Source: Balamuthia mandrillaris (taxonomy: Eukaryota). Taken from it: a stretch of DNA of 64,000 bases. A program made the translations under genes and the position numbers. The notes below the pieces were generated by a model. That model was not told where the DNA came from and did not search any database. It saw nothing but the letters and a program-made list of their open reading frames with translations. Positions 54,280-64,000 of the stretch are shown here, one piece after another (positions within the stretch are counted from its first letter, which is position 1; each line of letters starts with the position of its first letter). The DNA lies in the NCBI GenBank assembly GCA_031835245.2, contig JAVKOQ020000117.1, positions 1 to 64,000 of the forward strand, written 5' to 3'.

Positions 54280-54730
54280 GTTGATCGAAACCAATGCTTC
54301 TGCCTTCTATCAAAGGTGCCCTACACAAACCTGAAACATGAGCCCATCACCATTACGCTCGATCGTCTGGATCTTCACCTGCGTGAGCCCGACGTAATCA
54401 AACCAATGCCCGACATTCTCTCCAAGTACGTTTCTGTTCATCTCTTTGTCGTTCTTGTTATTCTCTCGTTCTCTTCTTTTTAAGATGTAGCGCTCACATG
54501 AACGCACCAAACACCTTAAAGATTGAACCAAGGCAAGAAGGAGGCTGGTGACCTCGCCATCATTAAAGGCATCAAAATAGTGGTAAAAGAAATCCACGTG
54601 CACACCGAGACTCTTGGCACTAACACCTGGCACCCAAACTGGAAGCCCGGACTTAATGTCGTTGTTCGCAACGTGGTGATTCAATCCACCAACGACAAGT
54701 GGGAGGTAATTGGCTTCCTGCCTCCTCAAT

Positions 54731-54765
<35 letters not shown>

Positions 54766-57700
54766 CTTTCTTGCTCATAACTCCTTTCCTTTGGTTTCTC
54801 TAACGTTTTGTTTTTGGTCAACAACTAAAAGGTGGTAGATCTCGCACAGACCATCATCACTGATAAAGAGAAAGGCATAATAAGGACGTACAAGCAAGCT
54901 ACTGTGCACTCGATCTCCATAGAGTCGCAGATGGTCGCTGGTGAAGACCCAGTTCCTATTATCGACAACATGCCTGTTGAAATTCGGGTATTTGCTACTC
55001 TCTCTCTCTCTCTCGCTCTCCCTCTCTACAGCCTCTCTCTCTCTCTCATTTAAAATGTATCTCTGATCTTTGCCCTTTCCCACTTTAATATAGTTTGTGA
55101 ACGAAACAGAAGCCAAGTCTGGAGCATGGATTGGAAGTTCTGTGCATTGTATTTTTGAAGAGCTGAGCTTCTCTTGGACTCAAGGAATGTGGCAACGCAT
55201 GGTAGATCTTGTCATCAGCTTTAAGGCCTGCTTAACCAGGGAAGTGCCCGACAAGCCCGATGCCCATAAACGAGTGGAGGACGCAATTCAAGCGCACGAC
55301 ATCAAAACAAACAAGTATGAGTTTCTTCCTGGTTTTTTTTTTTTGGCTTTCTTCCGCAATCCTTTATCTAATTTACTTGTGTTATTTAAAAGATTGTGGT
55401 ACGGCATTACGCTACATCGATTTGTCATTGAGCTCTCGCAAGGCCAACAAGGAGGCGAAAACGGCTTCACCTTCTTTGGTTTCGGTTTGGAGCTCAACCT
55501 CTCTCCCGAGCGCTTGACCACCTACACCATCAAGGACTTGGGCGGACGTGGTCAGGATAAAGTTGTAGGTTGTTGGGAGTCGGTGTTTAAGCTGGGCATG
55601 ACAAACGTTACGTTCAGGGAGAAGCAACCTTCTTCCTCCAAAGAGCCGAGATACATGCGCCTTCTCACGCAGGCTGTCCATACTCCTCCTGAGAAGGCTT
55701 TTCGCCCTGCTCACCCTGGACTTTTGAACTTAAGCGTTAAGTACCGTACAAAGGTTCGAACAACTTTTCCTCTTTCCTTCCTCTTTCTTGTCATTTTTTT
55801 CTTACCTATTTTTTTTTAAAGGTTGAAGGAGACGAATCCGTGCAGCGTCGTGTACCCACTTTGGAATTTGGCGGAAGCCTGCATGGCGCTCAGCTCGTTT
55901 TTGACAAACAAGTATGGAAGGATCTGTATACCTTTATCATTGAAGGTCCCATAGAAGCCTACCTTGGTGATAGTGGTGATATTCTTCAAATGCTTTTGCA
56001 GCTGAAGCCCGAAGAGTACCTCTACCTAAATAGCAAGTTCAGCATGCAGGTATATTCTTTATTTCTTATCACGCTTTCAATGTGTCTCTATGTCTTATTG
56101 TTTTTTGTCATTTTTTTCTGGCATATCTTTTTCTCGCTCACTTCCTCCTTTTTCTTTTTAAACAAAGGCTACTGAGTTAATGGTGGTATTGCCAAACCTC
56201 CCAGACTCTACTGATCCGGTGCTGCGAGATCTGGCCTTGCATATGATGATTGGAAAGTTAGGAATCACCAACCAGCCTGACTGGCCCTTCCCGCCGTTTT
56301 TGAAGGATGCTCTCATCGCTTTGCCTGATTCTCCCCAGGAGCTTACCCCAGAGGAGGGCACTGTGCATAAATTCCAAGTTTGTCTTTCCTCCTTCCAATT
56401 CTCTTTTTAAACAAATGTACTCATTTACACTGTTTTGCACTCGTTTTTCTACTTAGGCTGAGTTGCAGCGGGTAACTTGTGAGTTGATCGTTGCAGCAAA
56501 CGAGGCAGTCGAGGTATCTCCTTTTATTGATTTTCAAGATTTCCTTTATCTCTTGCTTGCTTTATTTCTTCCGTTTCTTTGCCTAAACATGATGTTTATC
56601 AGGAGGCAATATTGGAACCAGCATCGTTCCGCCTTTATGGCCGATATTTCCCACCTAAGACCATGCAAGATAAATTGCACAGAATAGAAACTACGTTGCA
56701 TTCCTCCGACATAAAGGGTCGTTTGAGCAAACCTGGGTACTTTCGCTTTCATGTAAACTGTTTAAAATCAATTAGAAAACTATTCTAAGTTATGGTTTGA
56801 TATAGATTGCGCTACATTCGCCATATAGAGCGAGAGCACACGCAGTGGGGAGAGCGCATGGGTGTGGAAGAAACGGAGAGGAAGAACATGAACAAGATGT
56901 TGAAGCTCGCTTCGGCTGGTATCAGCCAGTTGACTTCCAGTCAAGTGGCACAGGAAAGTGCCGCTCAGGCCTCCCCTGCCACTACTACGGATGACGTTGA
57001 CATTACCAAGACCGTTGTTGACGGCATCAAGTACTCTCTTGCTAAGTACGTATATTCTAGTCTCCGTCTCACAAATTGAGTATTTTGTTTAATGATTTAT
57101 TCTTTCTCTTCTCTTCTCTTCTCTTCTCTTCTCTTCTCTTCTCTTCTCTTCTCTTCTCTTCTCTTCTCTTCTCTTCTCTTCTCTTCTCTTCTCTTCTCTT
57201 CTCTTCTCTTCTCTTCTCTTCTCTTCTCTTCTCTTCTCTTCTCTTCTCTTCTCTTCTCTTCTCTTCTCTTCTCTTCTCTTTCTCGCTTTCTCCTTTGACT
57301 GAATGCAGCATTCAAGTGACCTTTTATGCGCGCTTGGAGAAGGCTATATTAAGCTTGCTATCACCAGGCTCGCTTAGCCAGCTCGTAGAGGAGGAGAAAC
57401 TTATTGACGCCCAACAAAGCAACAACAAGGACAAAGAAAAGCAATCCCCCGAAGAAGAAGAATCAGAGAAACGGGTGATCCCTAATCCCGAAGAGGAGAA
57501 AGCTGAGTCCCTCTCCGAGGTCATGTTTGACCGCTTTGAAATGGCTCTCGACAACAACTGCCATTCCCAAAGCGCTGTGCTGAAGTTGCGCGCCGTCCGA
57601 GCCAGTGGCTTGGACCACCCTGACCTGCCTCTCGCCACCGAGCTTCGCCCCATCCTCGACAACAGCGGCGACAATCAGAACCTTCTCTGCCAGTTCCAAC

Positions 57701-58561
57701 GCAAGCGAGACGAGAAGGCCGGCGGACACATCACCCACTTTAACACTCGCGTGCAGGGCATGCAGATGTTGACAGTGGGCAAGCCAGCTCAGTTTGATCG
57801 TGGCCTGTCCTTGCTGGTGCCAAAAGTGCAGCAACTGTTTGCCAAGTTGACCTCGCTTTGGGAAAAGACCAGCGCGGAACAGCGTCAGCAGATGGTAGAG
57901 CAAGTCAAGGAAGGTTTATTCAAAGGTTTGTCTTCTTTTCTTGTTGTGAACATCTTTGTTGTTTCTTTGTGGTTCTGTAATTGTTTGCTTTAATGGTGTC
58001 ACATCCCGATCGTTTATTTACTAATTTAACTACCAAACAACAGCGAAACAAGCGGCAGAGGAGATCTTGGAAGGAGGCTGGGAGAAGCAAAACGTGCACT
58101 GGTCCGTGGAGCTAGGCGATTGCGAGGTGCAATATCTCAACTCCTTGGAAGAGCTCAAGGACAAGTCCAGCGAGAAGCAGCCCCGCGGTCGCATCCGCTT
58201 CAGCAACCTCAACAAGGACGTCATGAACAAGCGCTTCAGCGACGTGGAGGAGCAGCTCATCTCAAGCAAGCTCTCCCTGGCTCAAGCGGAGAGCGAGAAG
58301 TTTGACCTCAACAGCCAAATCGCGCAGGGCAGGGATCAGGTCGAGAGGCTGAGAAAGGAGCTTCAACGTTTGGAGCAGCAGCTCGTGGAGACCAAGTTCA
58401 CTTTAGCGGAGGCGCAGGCGGATAATGATCGAATGAAAACCGAGTTGACCAAGGCAGGCGGAGGACAAGGCGGAAGCAGCGGCGGTGGAGGCAGCGGCAA
58501 CATTGGTGGAGGCAGACCCCAAAAGTCTGGTGGTTTCTTCAGTCGAAAGAAGGGCAACTAA
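53844..58561 (+). CDS. Bridge-like lipid transfer protein (Chorein_N; BLTP3/UHRF1BP1-like) with C-terminal coiled coil
   Basis: MESLITKLLGSYLKRFIKGFNKEMLKVQMLKGSATITNF/ELNGEVLQE...VPYTNLKHEPITITLD, beta-rich body, terminal coiled coil. Confidence 0.75.
57105..57281. repeat. (CTCTT)n intronic microsatellite
   Basis: Read directly. Confidence 0.98.
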
Positions 58562-58735
58562 CTAAACAGACAACTTTTTTTTTTGCTTCAGTATGTTGAA
58601 CAGTACAAGTACTTTTATAACAGTATTACGGCACCTCTTTCTCCTATCCCTCCCTCTACGCTTCTCCCTCTCTTCTCTCTTCTCTGCTTCTCTCTCAACC
58701 ATTTGTTTGTTTTTCCAATGTAACTTGGAGAACAA

Positions 58736-59404
58736 GAAGACCAGTTGCCCCCTGACAAGACGCACGACGAGCCCTGAACCTCCTCGGTGGCCTTGGGGAC
58801 GCTCACAATGAGGCCCCCCCTCGTGCAGCATGGAGAGCCTTGGCGGCAGGTGAGGCTCCGAAAAAAAAAAAAGAAGAAAAATATTTCTTTTGTATTTTTT
58901 TTGGGGTCTCTTCCTTGCCTTTCCTTTCCTTTGGGCTAGCTGCTCTCTTCCTGTCCATCTTCCTTTTTCCCCTTGCTGCTTCATCTGCTCCGCCACAATG
59001 CACAAACTAGCTTCCGGTCTGAACACCCTCATCTCTCTTCTCTTCCCTCTTGCGGGTTTGAAAAACTGCCCATTACATTCCTTCCTTCACCTCGGACCAG
59101 CCAGGGGAGCATGTGCGTTCCACTTGGAGGCCGCTCCAGAAAGGGTTGGAGAAACCTGTTCATCAACAAGAGCTGCACCACAGGGCACACTGGAGAATCA
59201 TTGCTAGATGAGGTTGTTGCGAGTAAAAGCAGGTATCGTGAGTCCTTCTTCTCTTTATTTTGGGTCAGTCAGGACACTTTCAATGGTGAGCAGGTTTTGT
59301 CTGGCAGTGAAGGAGGTGACAATTGTGATGGGCTGGAGCAGTTATGAACACTGATGGTGAGAGGGGGTGAGGAGGTTCAGGGCTCGCCATGCATCTTGTC
59401 AGGG
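58736..59404. repeat. Scrambled partial duplicate of the 14.78-16.04 kb locus
   Basis: Segments match 15913-15962 (direct), 15832-15913 (inverted), 14780-14981 (inverted) and 15927-16040 (inverted). Confidence 0.9.
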
Positions 59405-59451
59405 AAAGAAGATAGAAAGATAGAAAGAAACGACAAGAAAGAAAGAAAGAA

Positions 59452-59824
59452 TCAGAAAGCGGTGAATCCACCATCCACCATGAGATTGGTGGCCGTGACG
59501 AAGGAGGCCTCATCGGAGGCCAAGAAGAGGATGGCCTGGGCCACCTCCATCGGCTGCCCTATCCTGCCCAGCACGTGCAGAGGGCCCTCCTTTTGGTTGA
59601 GCTCCTCCACGGAGTAGCCCTTGGCAGCGCAGGCACGCCTGGTGGCTGGCGTGTCGATGGTGCCTGGCGCCACGCTGTTCACCCGGATGCCCAGGGTGCC
59701 CACATCGGCGGCGATGCACCGCGTCAGCCCCAGTATCGCAGCTGTGGGCGTTTTGTTGTTTGTTTTTTGTGTGGGTGTGTTGGCCTTCCAAATGGAAACA
59801 AAAGGAGAGGAGAGAAGCAGAGAA

Positions 59825-59859
<35 letters not shown>

Positions 59860-60435
59860 AGTGAAACCTTTGCTAGTGTTATAAGGGACAAAGCCTCGTT
59901 GGGCAATGTAGGAGGAGACGGAGGCCAGGTTCACGATGGAGCCTCGGCTGCCCTTCTCGTTGAGGTCCTGCTGCTTCATCTGGCGGATGACGTGCTTGCA
60001 GACCAGCGCCGTGCCTTTGACGTTGACGCCCAGCACCTTGTCCCAGTCCTCGGCGGAGGTCTCGTCCACGGTGCCGAACACAAAGGCGGCGGCGTTGTTG
60101 ACCAGCACGTCGATGCGGCCGGTCCGCTGCACCACTTGCTCCACCATGGCCACTATCTCCTCCTCCACCGCCACGTTGGCCTTGCAGAAGAACGCTCCTT
60201 GCTTGGGCTTGGTGGTGGCCGCCTCCTCCTCCGCTGAGAGCTGATGAAGACGGGCCTCGAGGAGGGAGAGGGTCTCCTGGCCGCCGGCCTCATCGAGGTC
60301 CACCGCCGCCACTGTGGCCCCTTGCTCCACGAACAGAATGGCAGTCTCTCTGCCTATGCCCGACCCTGCGCCAGTGATGATAGCGGTCTTTCCTGCCAGC
60401 CGTCCAGTTCCTCTCCCTCCTCCTCTTTCTTCCAT
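59452..60435 (-). CDS. Classical short-chain dehydrogenase/reductase (one intron)
   Basis: TGAGSGIG, DVLVNNAA, SIVNLAS, YNTSK, IRVNSVAPGTIDT, FLASDEASFVTATNLMVDGG. Confidence 0.95.
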
Positions 60436-60832
60436 ATTTTTATTTCTGTATTTGTTGTCCGCGTATATTATCATGACGACATGAAATAGACCGGAACGAA
60501 AATTATATTACATCATAATTTCCAAATAAAGATGAATGATGCCATCCATGTTTCCACGACGACGTGAATAAAGCGCCAATAAAGATTTCCATGACGACGT
60601 GGACATTACCTCCTCCGCAAGAAAGAAAGAGATGGAGAGCAGCGACTAAGGCGGCGCCAAGATCAAGCCGATCCATGGGACAACGAAAATAAAGCAAAAT
60701 TAGTAAAAGGAAAACAAAAAAACAGACACAAAAAATAACCCACCTCCGGCGTGCCTAATCACGGCTTGTCTTACGACTCGCTATAAGCAACGGTGCCGGC
60801 ACCAAAGCAACCTTACCGCCTACCGCCCAGAG

Positions 60833-62342
60833 ATGGAGAGCAGCGACTGCTGCTTGTTGGATGGTTGGGACGGAAGGGCGCTCTTGGACGACGAACCTCC
60901 TCTTCGAGCGCAGCGTGGGCATTATAAAAAGCACCAATGGTTCTACAAGCAGTCTCCCTATCAAACGATAACGGAACGGCAGGCCGTGGAGGAGGTGCTC
61001 TACCTGCTGATGGGCTGTCCTACCACTCGTCTCTTTCGGTTCGGACCTTCTTTTGAAGATCAAGATGAAGAAGAAGGAGTATATCAAGCCGAGAATGACT
61101 ACCACCAGGAACAAGGCTACCATGTAAGGACATCTTGATATGCTACAATCTCTACCTTACTTACGTCTCTCTTGAAACAGCTGGTTGAAGGCTACCGACT
61201 GGTCGATCGCTCCCCTCAGAGTCTTGCTCATCAGCTGCGTGGCTTCCTGCCCGTCGCCAATGCTGTTCACCAACTGGAATCCTTTGCGCAACGGTAATCG
61301 CGATTACCTCTCCTCTTGATCTTATCGCTTCTCTGCTCCGCCGTCTCCTTCGCTCCTCTGTCTCTCTACTGTTCTCATTGCTTTTTCTCGTCAACCGCTC
61401 TCCCTAGACACAACGGCTTGCTAGGGAACCAACGGAGCAGCAAAACCTTGCAAGCATTCTCCGCAGGGCTCGAAGAGCATTTGCACCAACACAAAGCCTT
61501 GTTGGCTGACCTGCTCCTCTTATTACGCACCGAAAACGCCCGTTCTTCCTCTCCACCTTCTCCTTCTCCTTCTGTTAGTCCGTGTTGTCATCGCTCTTCT
61601 CCTTGTTCTTCTTGTTCTGTTTCTTCTTCCGCTTCTTCTTCTTCTTGGGCACTTTCACTAGACCAACTTCTTCCGCCACGTTCACTCCCTTCCTTCAACA
61701 TCTTTCCAGGGGCATGCACCAGCCCTGTTGATCCTGTACCTGCCTTTCCTCTAAAGTTACCCAACCTTGGCTCTCTTTCTTCTCCTCCACCTTCATCGCG
61801 AGGTCGAGCATCCGCCTCAACAAATAGCATCACATTAGCATGGGTTGAAACAGCCCTTCGTCCTCATTTCGAAAAGCTGCAAATGCTCTCCCAACTTCTT
61901 CACTCGTTCGCTTGCCGATGTGATCGTCTCCCTGCTCCTACTTTAGCTGATGAAGATGATAGCGAAGACGGTTACGATGTTAAAGATGGCGAAACTACCA
62001 CTTCTTCTATTTTGACTCGATCTTCATTCGAGGCAGCCCAACTGTTATCATGCATGTTAGTTCTCTTCTGACTCACCGTGTTAAGTATTCTTTACTTACT
62101 TCTAGCTCTTTCACTACCAGTTATGAAATGCTGATAACAGAGAAATGCTACACATTTCGGCGTGGTAACACGCAAAGTTGCCAACGCTTGCTGGTACTGT
62201 TGCGGCTGTTGAGCATTACCATCAAGCCTTTCTTGGACATGCTTCATTTATGGCTAACCTATGGCCAGCTCCAAGATCCGCATTCAGAATTTATTATCGC
62301 TTTTTCGTACATCTCTCTTCTCTTTCTATGTATTTCTTCTTC

Positions 62343-62379
<37 letters not shown>

Positions 62380-62418
62380 TTCTTCTTCCTCATCTTCTTC
62401 TACTTCTTCTTGTTCTTC

Positions 62419-62450
<32 letters not shown>

Positions 62451-64000
62451 CTTCTTCTTCTTCTCTTCTTCTCTCTCTCTTGACTCACAACTCCATAGCA
62501 AAGCAAACATGAATGGAGCAGAAACTATGGACTGGGAAATGGATTTTGTGCTACGAACACAACAAGTAGGCGATGAAGCCCTCTTTTTGCCATCCTTCTT
62601 CAACAAAGAACAAGCCCAAAAAGCACTTCTTGCCGGAAAGAGCATGCGACTAGCGCGACAATGCAGCCCACATGCTTCCTTTGCAACTTTGATAGATAAT
62701 GCGAAGACAAATCTGTTCAGCGATTTCATCTCTGCTTTGCGACGGTTCGTTGCGGAAGAGGAGATCGCGAATATCCAGCTACAACACCTATACACACCAA
62801 ACAAGTTATCTTCTTGGAGCGATGAAGGGCCAGATTGCGTAGCTTGGATGTTGGCAAGTTCAGAGGAATCAGAGCGGCACGACGAACCCAAGCATAGCAA
62901 CACATTGGCTTTTTTTCATCCCTCTCTCTTGCTAGAGAGTTGTTTGTTGCCATCGTTAGTACTGCGCTATGACGCAGCTCATTCCGCTTTGCTGAAACTT
63001 CTTACCGAGAAGTACAAGTTATGGGACCATATGCTTCGGCTTCGTCTTGCTTTCTTCATGCAAGATGCTAGTTTTTACCGTGAGCTTGTTCCTCATTTGT
63101 TGCAGCAGGTTTCGCCCTCTACTTCTCTCTCTCTCTCTCTCTCTCTCATCCTCTTCTTCCTCTAGCTCTTCTATGCTCCTCTCATCTCTCAACTTCAAGA
63201 CTTACTTTGAGTTGTTTCGGTTCCAGTTGAACGACGGGGACACCATCACTTTTGGTGATCAATTCGAGCTTAACTTATTGTTGCAAGATATGCTTGCTCT
63301 CTACTCGACCTCTTTTAAGCTCTCTTCATCATTATCGGTCGGTGGAGTTGAAGCCTCCTTGTCCCTACAGCTAAGCAACACTCGTAGTCATGGACTGGAT
63401 GATTTGCGGCTGCGTTACAATGTAACTTCTCTCCCCTGCTTCTCCTCTCTTTCTCGATCAATCAACTGAATGTTTACCTTAGCCGCCTTGGCCAATCAGT
63501 TTACTTCTGGACAATGAAGTGCAAGAAAAGTACAACAAAGTGTGGTTGTTGCTGCTACAGATACAAAAGGCCAAATACGGATTGGACATCGTGCTCCGTC
63601 AGTTGTCTTTCTATGGATGCACAAAGGGAGCAGCCCACCACCTTCATCTCCTTCGGGCCAAAATGCTTCATTTTGTTAATAGCTTTCAGGATTATATCAT
63701 GAATAGGGTATCAAACTACTTGCTTCTTTCTTCCTTCGTTCTTCTCCTTATCGTTCCTCATTAACACTTTTTGCCAAAGGCAATAGAGGCAGTATGGGTC
63801 GAATATAAGCCGTTGTTCACAAAAGCAAGAACTCTGGATGAGATTCTTGCCCTGCACCAACGCTTTCTCGCCAAGATAACCGATCGTTGTCTTTTGACAG
63901 AGCGAGCTGCTTCCGTGATGGCTGCCATAAAGAAGGCACTCGATGTCACAGGGGCTTTCAAGCGTCTCTCTTCTGCTTCTTCCACTTCTGCTTCGGTAGA
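60833..64000 (+). CDS. TUBGCP5: Gamma-tubulin complex component, GCP5-like (runs off the window end)
   Basis: ITERQAVEEVLYLLMG, GQLQDPHSEF, LLAGKSMRL, PWPISLLL...YNKVWLLLLQIQKAKY...LLRAKMLHFVNSFQDYIMNR...HQRFLAKITDRCLL. Confidence 0.85.

Noticed and set aside
58750..59404. Canonical TIR transposon (MITE) with TSD
   Set aside because: The terminal inverted repeat derives from the HSP20 3' end, homology extends past it on the left, and no target-site duplication is visible.

Overview
Eukaryotic, intron-rich (short GT-AG introns, many filled with (CT)n-type microsatellites) genomic DNA. An amoebozoan-like protist is my inference from gene content and style, not established. Gene-dense housekeeping blocks encode VID27, a NAK-family kinase, a small HSP, a C2/BAR-like protein, a SAP protein, DTWD1, a fungal-type TF-like protein, golgin-84, a profilin-like protein, OSBP, an MGRN1-like RING ligase, a Tom22-like protein, CENP-C, SEL1L, a BLTP3-like lipid bridge, an SDR and GCP5. 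Two decayed accessory islands (about 1-8.4 kb and 26.3-33 kb) hold a Sola-like DDD transposase relic, a LINE 3' end, a hAT relic, a BCS1 fragment, two copies of a heptad-repeat gene family and long pyrimidine satellites. Most notable are (i) a five-exon gene, split across several ORFs in the track, encoding a PD-(D/E)xK nuclease-like domain fused to a DLD-type kinase (Crinkler/RHS-effector-like) and (ii) repeated short inverted/template-switch rearrangements, including a 670-bp scrambled mosaic of the kinase/HSP20 locus placed about 43 kb away. All family calls are by-eye motif recognition; no searches were run.
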